Shown here: piece by piece, positions 52,314 to 61,337 of the stretch | Layout of the letters: every line of letters starts with the position of its first letter | How positions within the stretch are numbered: position 1 is the stretch's first letter | IMG/VR virus record: IMGVR_UViG_3300045988_088815 | Coordinates: 58,691-122,690 of that record | Reading direction: 5' to 3' (one strand) | Origin: a virus | DNA length: 64,000 bases | Notes under the pieces: model-generated | Told to the model about the DNA's origin: nothing | Seen by the model: the letters and a program-made list of their open reading frames with translations, nothing else | The model's database searches: none | Program-made: the position numbers and the translations under genes

Positions 52314-52525
52314 AGAAAAGAAATAAATGTATTCCTCGTCATTTGCATCCAGATCCTGAGCATTGGGTTAGAAAGGGTCAATCTTGGAAGGCGAAGGTAG
52401 CTTATGAAAGCGAGGATGATGCTTGGGAGTTTCTAAATCAGAATTCGAAGTTGAAGGCTTCCAGCTGGCATCCTTACTTATGCAAGGTTTGCTCAAAGTG
52501 GCATATTGGTAGGTTACATAATTAA
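52310..52525 (+). CDS. small zinc-finger-like protein
   Basis: ORF track; CKVCSKWH. Confidence 0.45.
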   Translation: MKKRNKCIPRHLHPDPEHWVRKGQSWKAKVAYESEDDAWEFLNQNSKLKASSWHPYLCKVCSKWHIGRLHN

Positions 52526-52530
52526 CGATT

Positions 52531-52917
52531 ATGAAAAAAGAAGATAGACTTAAAATATATCGCAAATACGATGGGCATTGTGCTTATTGCGGCAAGAGTA
52601 TAGAGTATAAGGATATGCAGGTTGACCATCTTGTTCCGAAAAATCGAGGTTGTTACTCTCGGTGGAGCGACAAGGAGGGAAAATTTGTCGTATTCCATGG
52701 CGATGATTCCATGGAGAACTATATGCCATCTTGCAGGTCTTGTAATCTTCGTAAGCGTGATATGAGTTTGGAACAATTTCGTTCAGAGATTACTAGACAG
52801 GCTAAAGGATTGCTTAATGGTAAGGCTTCTTTCCAAGTAAAGATGTCGCTTGCTTATGGTTTAATCGAAGAGCACTTTGATAGACAAATTGTGTTCTACT
52901 TTGAGAAATTTAAATAG
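52531..52917 (+). CDS. HNH endonuclease
   Basis: CAYCGK..VDHLVPKNRG..MPSCRSCNLRK. Confidence 0.8.
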   Translation: MKKEDRLKIYRKYDGHCAYCGKSIEYKDMQVDHLVPKNRGCYSRWSDKEGKFVVFHGDDSMENYMPSCRSCNLRKRDMSLEQFRSEITRQAKGLLNGKASFQVKMSLAYGLIEEHFDRQIVFYFEKFK

Positions 52918-52925
52918 TTGAGAAT

Positions 52926-53210
52926 ATGAAGAAGTTTAAGAAGTCGATAGAGATTAGCACTAAGAATATTTCAGACGTTCTTCAAGTGCCAATTGTTACA
53001 AGTTTATACAAGACTAAGAATTTTAAAAACCCTTGTCTTGAAGGTCGTAGCGTTCCTTATGATACTATAGCACTGATGTATGTTCATATCGAAGGCTTTG
53101 ATAGCGATTTTTGTATTAACCAAGGCAACATGCTCGCTCTTGACATTTGTGATACTTGGTATGCCTTTTCAAAAGCAGGGTGGGAGAAACATAAAAACGA
53201 TGAGGTATGA
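52926..53210 (+). CDS. hypothetical phage protein
   Basis: ORF track. Confidence 0.5.
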   Translation: MKKFKKSIEISTKNISDVLQVPIVTSLYKTKNFKNPCLEGRSVPYDTIALMYVHIEGFDSDFCINQGNMLALDICDTWYAFSKAGWEKHKNDEV

Positions 53211-53617
53211 AGAAGAAAGGATATTACGAATACGACCAGCCCATTTACCCACACTTATTGTGTGTTGGGGTTGGGTTGCAGTTTGAGGATGCAAAGAAAG
53301 CATTCTTGAATAATGATGGTACGGATATTGAAAAGTACGATTTTTTAAATGGTGATGGATTTACTTATTACGGACTTCACATAAGAGAAACAAGAAGAAA
53401 GTGCGTTCTTGTTTTATTCAGTAGCAGTAAGGCTATGCGTATGAATGTAATTTGTCATGAGGCTAGTCACGCTTGTGATGCTATCGAGGGTAATATTGAA
53501 ATGAAACATGGTGGAGAACCATCTGCCTATCTGATAGGTTGGATAGCATCATGTATCAATAAGGCTCGTTTGGGAATTGGAGATTTCGTTGAAATCGTAG
53601 ATAAGGAAGAAAAATAG
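53207..53617 (+). CDS. hypothetical protein with an HExxH motif (possible metallopeptidase)
   Basis: VICHEASHACD. Confidence 0.4.
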   Translation: MKKKGYYEYDQPIYPHLLCVGVGLQFEDAKKAFLNNDGTDIEKYDFLNGDGFTYYGLHIRETRRKCVLVLFSSSKAMRMNVICHEASHACDAIEGNIEMKHGGEPSAYLIGWIASCINKARLGIGDFVEIVDKEEK

Positions 53618-53630
53618 CCCAAAGGCAAAA

Positions 53631-53860
53631 TACCATTTGGTGTTTACCCCATCACTATATATAATAATGTAGTGGTGGGGATTTCTTTGTTAACGTCAGC
53701 AAATTATTTGTTTGTATCATTATAGAGTGTTAAAAGCTATAGGAAATACATTAAATAATTTGCATATTTCGAATATTCTTTGTATCTTTGCATCGTAATT
53801 AAGAAATAAAGGTTACTAATTAAAAATGGTGAGACACACCACAAAAACTGTAATAAGAAA
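53631..53860 (+). repeat. about 230-bp terminator-promoter-leader repeat, copy 3
   Basis: terminator 53647-53690, TTTG 53759, TATCTTTG 53783-53790, GGTGAGACACACC 53828-53840, AAAAACTG 53843-53850. Confidence 0.8.
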
Positions 53861-54235
53861 ATGAAAAAGTTTTTTGAAAACTTATCTGAAAAGTTTAATG
53901 ATGCGGCTTTTGAGGCGCAGCTTGATGATTTTACTTGCGAGTTTGATGCTATTAACAAACCTGCTGAAATCGTGGTGTCCGTTAAGAGTAGAAAGGTTAT
54001 CCATTCATATGGAAATATTTCTTCTTATCCATATTACAATGTAGATAAGATTAATATCTATAATGAAGACGGAGAAGACGTGTCTTCAAAATATCCTTTG
54101 TTCTGCCAAAGAGTTAAGGATTGCGTGCCTTCTTATAAAGATGTAGAGAATGACTTGATGGAGGCAAATATGAGCGATACCGAGCTTTATTTCGGCTCAG
54201 AGGATAATTATTTGCATTACAAGTACGGTAACTAA
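53861..54235 (+). CDS. hypothetical phage protein
   Basis: ORF track. Confidence 0.55.
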   Translation: MKKFFENLSEKFNDAAFEAQLDDFTCEFDAINKPAEIVVSVKSRKVIHSYGNISSYPYYNVDKINIYNEDGEDVSSKYPLFCQRVKDCVPSYKDVENDLMEANMSDTELYFGSEDNYLHYKYGN

Positions 54236-54246
54236 ATGGTTTGGAT

Positions 54247-54372
54247 ATGGAGTACGAAAATAAGTTTGTAGGTCTTTCATCTGTAATGAGTCACGACCTT
54301 GAAATATTAAGGTATGAACTAGAGTATGGATGGAAATTGGCTCTTATACCAAATGATGTGTGGTACAACTAA
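54247..54372 (+). CDS. small hypothetical protein
   Basis: manual ORF, 41 aa. Confidence 0.3.
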   Translation: MEYENKFVGLSSVMSHDLEILRYELEYGWKLALIPNDVWYN

Positions 54373-54393
54373 TTACTTTTAAAATTTCAAATT

Positions 54394-54633
54394 ATGGCAG
54401 AATATAAAGTTGAAGTAGATTTGTCGGACTTGTTCGATGATATGACCATCAACGAACAGAAGAACTTTTTAGTAGAAAAGTTCAGTTCCTTACCTATAAA
54501 CAAGATGGTTGAAGTAGCTGGAGAAATACTGGATAACCTTAATGGCGACCAAGTAGCTAAAGTTATAGAAGACGCTTTCGATAACTTGCATGAGCAAGGT
54601 CAAGAGCAAGTAATCAACTATGTGAACGAATAA
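54394..54633 (+). CDS. small strongly acidic protein
   Basis: 18 D/E versus 5 K among 79 aa, counted by hand. Confidence 0.55.
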   Translation: MAEYKVEVDLSDLFDDMTINEQKNFLVEKFSSLPINKMVEVAGEILDNLNGDQVAKVIEDAFDNLHEQGQEQVINYVNE

Positions 54634-54637
54634 GGCT

Positions 54638-54838
54638 ATGATGTCCGATAAACAATATAGAGTTGCTCGCAAGGGTGTTGTCGAGCAACTTAAATTAGCT
54701 CAGAGACTTCATTGCAAGCACATGGAGCAGAAGTATAAAGTGGCTTTGGAGAAGTTAGAGAAACGCTTCTTAAAGCCGGATGCAGTGGGATGCTTCGATT
54801 TGGGCGCAAGGGTATCAAATAGTTATTATCATCTTTAA
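54638..54838 (+). CDS. hypothetical phage protein
   Basis: ORF track. Confidence 0.5.
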   Translation: MMSDKQYRVARKGVVEQLKLAQRLHCKHMEQKYKVALEKLEKRFLKPDAVGCFDLGARVSNSYYHL

Positions 54839-54850
54839 ATGGTTAAGGTT

Positions 54851-55006
54851 ATGGAAAAGAAAGAATATTCTGTTGTCGAATTTATTCAATATCTCAAAGA
54901 TAAGCCATATATTGAGCTTTATAAAGCTGCTCGTTTAGCTGAGATTTATATGAGAAGAGAAATGAGAGTATTGCGATATTCCCCGTTTTATTTAGATAGA
55001 GAATAA
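54851..55006 (+). CDS. small hypothetical protein
   Basis: manual ORF, 51 aa. Confidence 0.35.
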   Translation: MEKKEYSVVEFIQYLKDKPYIELYKAARLAEIYMRREMRVLRYSPFYLDRE

Positions 55007-55031
55007 ATGTATAAAGTATAAAATAAAGGTT

Positions 55032-55283
55032 ATGGCTACAGCAAATTTTGAAATTGGAAATAAAGAGTTTGAGGTACGTTTCATACGAGAATCAGGTTAT
55101 CCTCCAACAAAGAATGAACGTGGTTCTTCATTGGTTGAGTATGATGTAACTACATACAAAGATAATCAGCCAATGATAAAGAAGTTCAATCAAAAGAGGC
55201 GTGTTTATTTTGACCTTGAAGGTAATGTTTATAAGGATAAGCAGAGCAACAAGGTATGGTTCAATCTATATAAAGCAAGCTAA
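55032..55283 (+). CDS. hypothetical phage protein
   Basis: ORF track. Confidence 0.55.
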   Translation: MATANFEIGNKEFEVRFIRESGYPPTKNERGSSLVEYDVTTYKDNQPMIKKFNQKRRVYFDLEGNVYKDKQSNKVWFNLYKAS

Positions 55284-55567
55284 TGGTTATGGGAACAAAA
55301 GTAGAAGTAAGAACTATTCCTTTGCATGGATTGTTCATCCATCGCAAGCAGGTTTGGCGTTCACTCGGTAAGCTGAGAGCAGAAAGCCATTCTACGACAG
55401 CGCAAAAGGTGTTTATGAATGAGCATAATACCGAGGTATCAACTGAGAATGCTGATTTCATTGATGGCTTGAAAGTCACTCTTTATGATGGGGAGTTGCC
55501 AAAAATATCAAAAAACGTTGGTAGTATGAGTTACTACCAGTATTGTTTAACGCAAAAATTGGTTTAG
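55283..55567 (+). CDS. hypothetical phage protein
   Basis: ORF track; TAATG overlap. Confidence 0.45.
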   Translation: MVMGTKVEVRTIPLHGLFIHRKQVWRSLGKLRAESHSTTAQKVFMNEHNTEVSTENADFIDGLKVTLYDGELPKISKNVGSMSYYQYCLTQKLV

Positions 55568-55569
55568 TT

Positions 55570-56532
55570 ATGGAAACTGAGATTAATATAGTGGAAATCC
55601 TAAAGGATAAGCCAGCAAATACGAAGCTATATTCTCCTTTGTTTAGTGAAGTATTTTTTTCGCATGTAAGTGGCGGTTATATAGCTGTGGAACATCATGG
55701 AGGAACATCACTATTCTTAAGTAGTGGCAGATTCTATGATTACGATGGATCAGAGCCGTTATTATTCCCTTCAAAGGAAATGCGTGATTGGTCTAAGTTC
55801 GCATGGAAGAAAGGCGATGTCTTGGTTAATAAAGATGGGGATGTACATATTATATTTGAAAGATTTGTCGATGGTACATATTGCTCTTTCGTAGGGAAAT
55901 ATTATCTTTGGAAAGAGAATAATGATACAGAACAGTTCTATGAAAAAGAACGATTACTAACTTCTGATTTCAACAAAGCAAACAAAGAAGAAGCTCAGAC
56001 CTACATCAACACCATCGAAGAAAAATTGGGTAGTAAACTCAATCGTGAAACCTTGGAGATTGAGAAAACCCAGCCAGAGTTTAAGGATGGGGACATTGTT
56101 TGTATCTCGGGTATGGGGTATCTTACTTATGGTATAGTCAAAAGTATAGACTATTTATCTAAGAAGCTGGAATATTATGTATTAAATGATATGAGCACCT
56201 TGAATTTTGATGATTGGTTATCATTTGAAGACAAGCATATACAGCCTATCACAGAGACTCAACAAATAATTCTCTTTGACGCTCTCGAAAAGGAAGGCAA
56301 GGCTTGGGATGCTGAGAAGAAACAGATTGTGGATTTGAAGCCAAAGGTTGAACTGAAACCATTTGATAAGGTGTTAATTAGAGATATTAATGCAGAGAGG
56401 TGGAAAGCAAGTTTCTTTAGTTATAAAGAAGAAAGCCACTACGTATCCATAGAAGGTCGTTGTTGGAGGCAATGTATTCCTTACGAAGGCAATGAGCATT
56501 TATTAGGTACAACTGAAGATGTGGAGGGCTAG
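55570..56532 (+). CDS. hypothetical phage protein, paralog of 15624-16634
   Basis: internal ATG of track ORF 55543-56532. Confidence 0.7.
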   Translation: METEINIVEILKDKPANTKLYSPLFSEVFFSHVSGGYIAVEHHGGTSLFLSSGRFYDYDGSEPLLFPSKEMRDWSKFAWKKGDVLVNKDGDVHIIFERFVDGTYCSFVGKYYLWKENNDTEQFYEKERLLTSDFNKANKEEAQTYINTIEEKLGSKLNRETLEIEKTQPEFKDGDIVCISGMGYLTYGIVKSIDYLSKKLEYYVLNDMSTLNFDDWLSFEDKHIQPITETQQIILFDALEKEGKAWDAEKKQIVDLKPKVELKPFDKVLIRDINAERWKASFFSYKEESHYVSIEGRCWRQCIPYEGNEHLLGTTEDVEG

Positions 56533-56534
56533 AT

Positions 56535-56771
56535 ATGGATATAGGGAAATTAATAGGAGGAAAGACATCTGTCCCATCTATAGATTTCAATCAAGTAGTT
56601 AAGAGTGATAACCTCCGATACTGGAGAATTAGCAATGCTACTTGGGAGAAAGATAAAGTAGAACTTCATATTACCTTTGAAAAAGATGGTATACAAAGTT
56701 CCTTAGATAAAAAGTTTGATACAATAATGGAAGCTGTTGAATATTTCTACAACTTTCTTAAAACAATTTGA
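56535..56771 (+). CDS. hypothetical phage protein
   Basis: ORF track. Confidence 0.5.
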   Translation: MDIGKLIGGKTSVPSIDFNQVVKSDNLRYWRISNATWEKDKVELHITFEKDGIQSSLDKKFDTIMEAVEYFYNFLKTI

Positions 56772-56773
56772 TT

Positions 56774-57178
56774 ATGATAGACGATAAGAAAATAGAAGCT
56801 GCAAAGGAAGAAATCTACGAGGATAGATTCTTGCTTAATGGTGAAGAGATAGTCTTCAACAATGATGAAAAGGAAGAAATGTTCTACAAAGAGGACATCA
56901 AAGAAGCCATTGGACTAGGTGCTAAGTGGGGTATCAATGAGCTATTGAAGGACATGTTTCACCCTGCTAGCGAAGTTCCACGTAACGACAACGGAAAGGT
57001 TCTTGCGTTCTCAAAAGAATTCGGTAATAGAAAGCTCTACGACATGAACGATGAGCTTGATAAAACCACTTGCAATACATATCAAGAAATGTGGGAAGAG
57101 CAAGTCAATATATTCCATTTGTCTGATTGGATATTTATAGATGAGTTGTTTGACTTGATTACGAAAGGAGGTGAGTAA
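56774..57178 (+). CDS. hypothetical phage protein, paralog of 16798-17196
   Basis: ATG at 56774. Confidence 0.6.
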   Translation: MIDDKKIEAAKEEIYEDRFLLNGEEIVFNNDEKEEMFYKEDIKEAIGLGAKWGINELLKDMFHPASEVPRNDNGKVLAFSKEFGNRKLYDMNDELDKTTCNTYQEMWEEQVNIFHLSDWIFIDELFDLITKGGE

Positions 57179-57501
57179 TGAAAGAGCTTAAAGATTTGGT
57201 TGTTGGTGATGATGTACTAGTTACAGGTATGTATTACAGACGTATCGCCAAGGTTGATAAAGTGACAAAGACTCAAATTGTTGTTGATAACGCTAGATAT
57301 AGAAGAAATTCGGGCTGGCAATGTGGTGACGATATATGGGATAGGAAAAGTATATCTGTTCCAACAGAAAAGGAAATATCAGATGTTAAAGAAGAGAATT
57401 TTCGCAAGAAACTCATCTACGCTATCAGGTCTTTTGATTTCAAACGCTTATCAACAGATGAGTTAAAACAAGTGTATAAGATCGTAAAAGATAAAGAATG
57501 A
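57178..57501 (+). CDS. hypothetical phage protein
   Basis: ORF track. Confidence 0.55.
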   Translation: MKELKDLVVGDDVLVTGMYYRRIAKVDKVTKTQIVVDNARYRRNSGWQCGDDIWDRKSISVPTEKEISDVKEENFRKKLIYAIRSFDFKRLSTDELKQVYKIVKDKE

Positions 57502-57683
57502 ACGAGATTAAAGTAGGCGAAAGAGTAACTATTATTCTTGAAGCTGTTGAACATGACACTTGTGAAGGATGCTTCTTTAAAGGAGTGGCTGGCTATTGTG
57601 GTGCAGCTCCACTTGGATTGAAGTGTCTTCCTAAATATCGTTCAGACAAAAAGAATGTAATCTTTAAAGAAGTAAAGGAGTAA
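57498..57683 (+). CDS. hypothetical phage protein
   Basis: ORF track. Confidence 0.45.
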   Translation: MNEIKVGERVTIILEAVEHDTCEGCFFKGVAGYCGAAPLGLKCLPKYRSDKKNVIFKEVKE

Positions 57684-57688
57684 AGCAT

Positions 57689-58156
57689 ATGAACAAATTA
57701 GAATATATACCAGGAGATATAGTAAAAATTGAATATGGAAAAGCTACGGGAAAAATAGGTTTCGTAACAATTACTTTTTTAAGAAGAAAAGGTTGCTATA
57801 GTCTTGTTGTATTTATTGGTAAAGGGTTTCAAGGTTCTTCTAAAGACGATTGGATTCAAACTTATAATGATGAGGTATCTCCGATTCCTCTCACTACTGA
57901 GATTCTAGAGAAGAATGGATGGGTGAAAGAAGTGATGAGCAGAGGAGTAAAGAATAGTCATTGGGTATATACAAAACCCGATATTGAAGAATATGGATAT
58001 TTTCCAATCTACATAGAAAAAGGTATCGGTGATGAGTTTGATGTATATCCGTTTACAGATAATCACGATTGTAAACAAATTGCATACATTAAGTATGTTC
58101 ATCAACTTCAACACATTCTATTCGGGCTAGGACTTAACTCAGAAATGGAGGTGTAG
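57689..58156 (+). CDS. hypothetical phage protein, paralog of 7724-8113
   Basis: shared C-terminus QLQHILFGLGLNSEMEV. Confidence 0.6.
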   Translation: MNKLEYIPGDIVKIEYGKATGKIGFVTITFLRRKGCYSLVVFIGKGFQGSSKDDWIQTYNDEVSPIPLTTEILEKNGWVKEVMSRGVKNSHWVYTKPDIEEYGYFPIYIEKGIGDEFDVYPFTDNHDCKQIAYIKYVHQLQHILFGLGLNSEMEV

Positions 58157-58158
58157 GT

Positions 58159-58353
58159 ATGAAAAGAATAATAGCAATTATAAAGTTTCCTATATACGCA
58201 ATGGTCGTATTATTGTTTATTCTATCAATACTGACAGCAAAAGGTATATTGTGTATCGTAAGATTAAAGCCTTCTGATTTTGATAATCTTCCTAAGTTCT
58301 TGCAAGACAAAGCAAGGAAGCTGTCAAATGTGGTTGAAAATTTAATGAATTGA
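58159..58353 (+). CDS. small membrane protein
   Basis: ORF track; TM helix. Confidence 0.5.
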   Translation: MKRIIAIIKFPIYAMVVLLFILSILTAKGILCIVRLKPSDFDNLPKFLQDKARKLSNVVENLMN

Positions 58354-58363
58354 TTGTTTAACC

Positions 58364-58380
58364 GCCTTCGGGCATAAATA
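58364..58380 (+). promoter_or_regulatory. stem-loop plus ATAAATA motif 8 nt before the ATG
   Basis: GCC-TTCG-GGC then ATAAATA. Confidence 0.45.
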
Positions 58381-58388
58381 GTAGTAAT

Positions 58389-58604
58389 ATGAATACAGAA
58401 AAATTAGAAAGAGCAAATATCTTAGCCAAGAGTTTAATTCCTAAAGTAAATGAACTCTTAAATATTTCTCCAAAATCAATGCGTAGTAGTCTTGCTGATG
58501 CTATTTGTGGGCTTTCAGAGTGTGATGAAGAGTTTAAAACAAAATTCAAGCAGCTTCTGAATGAAACAAGACAGAGATTTCAGAAAGAGTTTGATGAGAT
58601 TTAG
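58389..58604 (+). CDS. hypothetical phage protein
   Basis: ORF track. Confidence 0.5.
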   Translation: MNTEKLERANILAKSLIPKVNELLNISPKSMRSSLADAICGLSECDEEFKTKFKQLLNETRQRFQKEFDEI

Positions 58605-58613
58605 TAACTAACC

Positions 58614-58634
58614 ATTCTGCAAAGGATATAAATA
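58614..58634 (+). promoter_or_regulatory. stem-loop plus TATAAATA motif 8 nt before the ATG
   Basis: ATTC-tgcaaa-GGAT then TATAAATA. Confidence 0.45.
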
Positions 58635-58642
58635 GATAGATT

Positions 58643-58810
58643 ATGAGTAATAGACATTCGTATGAAAGATACGAAATACCAGACATTAAAGGTCGCAAAC
58701 ACGCAGTAGTTCTTTTTTCCGAAAATAGAAGTGTGGTTCATAACGGAATTCCTAGTACTACAATGGGATTTGTAGCTATTGATTTAGATGCAAATACTTA
58801 TAAAGATTAA
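58643..58810 (+). CDS. small hypothetical protein
   Basis: manual ORF, 55 aa. Confidence 0.4.
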   Translation: MSNRHSYERYEIPDIKGRKHAVVLFSENRSVVHNGIPSTTMGFVAIDLDANTYKD

Positions 58811-58812
58811 TC

Positions 58813-58833
58813 ATCCTTTATAGGATATAAATA
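58813..58833 (+). promoter_or_regulatory. stem-loop plus TATAAATA motif 8 nt before the ATG
   Basis: ATCC-tttata-GGAT then TATAAATA. Confidence 0.45.
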
Positions 58834-58841
58834 TAAGTAAT

Positions 58842-59015
58842 ATGGAAGATAAAGATATTATGTCAGAGTTAAAATTGGAATATAGAAACAATATTGTATA
58901 TTTTAATGGGTTAAAGATTAATGCTTATACAGCAGAAGGAATGCGATTGATAAGCAACCTTCTTAAAAAGGGATTATATGAAATTGGCAAAGAGTTGGGG
59001 CACAACTCAAAGTAA
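58842..59015 (+). CDS. small hypothetical protein
   Basis: manual ORF, 57 aa. Confidence 0.4.
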   Translation: MEDKDIMSELKLEYRNNIVYFNGLKINAYTAEGMRLISNLLKKGLYEIGKELGHNSK

Positions 59016-59071
59016 CTAACCACCCTCTACTTGGCAACAGGGAGGGGGGGGGAAGAAGAGAAAATGGAAGT

Positions 59072-59377
59072 ATGGATAAGAAAGAGAAATCAATCAATAG
59101 TCATATTGGTAAGGCTATAGGCTATTCAGATAAAGCTCATTACGAGTTGCAAACCGCTCTAAATATTGCTTTGGAAGGAAAAGGGCTTAGTGACGAGGAA
59201 AAGGAACTTCTAAGCGTTGGCTTTGCAACAGGGCCAGAAGAAGCCGTAGAGCGTGTTGCTGATGGTAGTTGTAATGATGAACATACCAGTGCCTGGGATA
59301 GCTCAATTAGAGACTGCCGAATATCTGAGGTATATCGCATGACAGGTGAGCAGATACGTGAATATTTTAATTTGTAA
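59072..59377 (+). CDS. hypothetical phage protein
   Basis: ORF track. Confidence 0.5.
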   Translation: MDKKEKSINSHIGKAIGYSDKAHYELQTALNIALEGKGLSDEEKELLSVGFATGPEEAVERVADGSCNDEHTSAWDSSIRDCRISEVYRMTGEQIREYFNL

Positions 59378-59379
59378 CT

Positions 59380-59712
59380 ATGGATAAGAAGAAAGTTAAA
59401 GAGCTGATAGAAGAAGCAAAACATTTAGCAATTTTACGCAAATATGAAAATAGACAGACATATTTGAATAATTGCATTTGTTGTTTGAAAGAAGCTTTGG
59501 AAGAACTCTCCAAGTCAGACTGGGTATCTGTTGAGGATGGGTTGCCTCCTTACGATGAAAGCGTTTTGGTAACAAATAAAGAAACTCCTAAAATTGTATT
59601 GAAGACAAGTAGAACTAAATGCAAAGGTTGGAATACAGATGAAAATGGATTTCTTTGTGCTATTGCGTTCAATATCACTCATTGGAAACCTATTGAAAAA
59701 TTGGAGGATTAG
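59380..59712 (+). CDS. DUF551-like phage protein
   Basis: DWVSVEDGLPPYDESVLV...THWKPIEKL. Confidence 0.55.
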   Translation: MDKKKVKELIEEAKHLAILRKYENRQTYLNNCICCLKEALEELSKSDWVSVEDGLPPYDESVLVTNKETPKIVLKTSRTKCKGWNTDENGFLCAIAFNITHWKPIEKLED

Positions 59713-59715
59713 CCT

Positions 59716-59955
59716 ATGATTATAGAAGATATAATCAACGAAAAGTGTGTAACCTTTATGACTGAAGAGCCTATGGATAATATCCAATCTGCTGAGTACT
59801 TCAAGGAAAATATCCTACCAAATGAAGTAGAGATTACACACGATGATGGTAACTATTTTGAGGTTTCTGTTAATTGTAAATCATATAGTTGTGACGTATA
59901 TGGCAATGGTGATTTTTATCACTCTATTGCCGAGTTTAAATTATTGGAGGATTGA
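59716..59955 (+). CDS. hypothetical phage protein
   Basis: ORF track. Confidence 0.5.
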   Translation: MIIEDIINEKCVTFMTEEPMDNIQSAEYFKENILPNEVEITHDDGNYFEVSVNCKSYSCDVYGNGDFYHSIAEFKLLED

Positions 59956-59957
59956 TT

Positions 59958-60113
59958 ATGACAAAATTTAAAGTAGTTAGATATTGGGATACATATCCCG
60001 ATAGAGTTATTGCAACTTGCGATACAGAGGAAGAGGCAGAAAAGATATGTAATGAATATCGTAGAAACCGCAAGCCTATGTATGACTATTTAGTTAGAAA
60101 GGAAAATGAGTAA
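59958..60113 (+). CDS. small hypothetical protein
   Basis: manual ORF, 51 aa. Confidence 0.4.
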   Translation: MTKFKVVRYWDTYPDRVIATCDTEEEAEKICNEYRRNRKPMYDYLVRKENE

Positions 60114-60280
60114 TGACTAGAGAAGAGTTAAGAAATAATTATGGAAATGAAATCTGTGAGTTATGCCACCGAGAGTATTATACTAGCAGGGTACTCCCAG
60201 AATCACTTTGCGAAGGTCAATTTTGCGAAGAGGCAGAAGATAGTTTCGCAGAAGAACACAATATAGAGTTGGAGGACTAA
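60113..60280 (+). CDS. small Cys-rich protein, paralog of 12056-12226
   Basis: manual ORF MTREELRNNYGNEICELC..CEGQFCEE..IELED. Confidence 0.5.
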   Translation: MTREELRNNYGNEICELCHREYYTSRVLPESLCEGQFCEEAEDSFAEEHNIELED

Positions 60281-60283
60281 ATT

Positions 60284-60700
60284 ATGGACAGAAATCAAGC
60301 TAAAGAATTTTATCCTATTCTGCAAGCATTTGCAGAAGGAATGGTAATTGAGTGTAGAACCAAACCAAGTGCCATAGAAGATGAGAACGTTCCGAATGAA
60401 TGGGCAGAAATAAAGGTTATAGAGTTTAATGGCAATAAAGAGTATCGCATTAAGCCAAATCTAGAACCTGAGTCTGAGTACCGTCCTTTCAAGGATGCAA
60501 AAGAGTGCTGGCAAGAAATGCAAAAGCATCAGCCATTCGGGTGGGTAAAAGACAGAAATGGTAGTAAATTCGTAATTGAAAATATAGATTCAAGCGGTTT
60601 TGTCGAAGTTTATGATGATGGTACATGTACTTTTAAAGAAGTGTTTGAAATTCGCACCTTTGCCGACGGAACTCCATTCGGTGTAAAAACGGAGGAATAG
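60284..60700 (+). CDS. hypothetical phage protein
   Basis: ORF track. Confidence 0.55.
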   Translation: MDRNQAKEFYPILQAFAEGMVIECRTKPSAIEDENVPNEWAEIKVIEFNGNKEYRIKPNLEPESEYRPFKDAKECWQEMQKHQPFGWVKDRNGSKFVIENIDSSGFVEVYDDGTCTFKEVFEIRTFADGTPFGVKTEE

Positions 60701-60703
60701 ATT

Positions 60704-60850
60704 ATGATTCAAATACACAAACACGACAAGGGTGAATTGTATTCTATATATGGTTTCTTTATTGACCTCAACAAAGATGTATGGGTTAACAAGAAACAAC
60801 TTATGGAATTATACAATGAGATTAAGAAAATAAAAGATAAGGAGGAATAG
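60704..60850 (+). CDS. small hypothetical protein
   Basis: manual ORF, 48 aa. Confidence 0.4.
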   Translation: MIQIHKHDKGELYSIYGFFIDLNKDVWVNKKQLMELYNEIKKIKDKEE

Positions 60851-60852
60851 CT

Positions 60853-61044
60853 ATGGCATGGGTATGTGTTAATAGTTTTGGTACAGAACTTATATTTGAA
60901 ACAGAGCCTCACAAAGCTGTATATAGCTGGAGAGACGATTATGGTTCTTGCAAATGTATAGAACTACCTAAAGGCAGTATCAAGAATCTCATCGGAAGGG
61001 AATTATCTTGGGATGATGAGGCAGTAGAACTTAAAAAAGAATAG
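60853..61044 (+). CDS. hypothetical phage protein, paralog of 12579-12800
   Basis: ORF track. Confidence 0.55.
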   Translation: MAWVCVNSFGTELIFETEPHKAVYSWRDDYGSCKCIELPKGSIKNLIGRELSWDDEAVELKKE

Positions 61045-61046
61045 TT

Positions 61047-61334
61047 ATGACAAAACCTTACAGAATCAAACATAAGGCTAGTGGATATTTCTACCAACGT
61101 TACAACGGAAGTAACCTTGGCAAGAAAGGCAAGGTGTATATGAATAATCAATCACCACTTACAATGTGTGATAATGAGAACTTTATACGTATTCAGATTC
61201 GTCACAACACTTTAGCTTATAAGGCATTGAGAGATACGCTTGCCAAATATGTTATAGGTAAAGATGATGAGTGTGAATGGCATAGTACATCTTACAGAGT
61301 TCCGAAAAGTGAATTTGAAAAAGAAGTATTATAA
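61047..61334 (+). CDS. hypothetical phage protein
   Basis: ORF track. Confidence 0.55.
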   Translation: MTKPYRIKHKASGYFYQRYNGSNLGKKGKVYMNNQSPLTMCDNENFIRIQIRHNTLAYKALRDTLAKYVIGKDDECEWHSTSYRVPKSEFEKEVL

Positions 61335-61337
61335 CTT

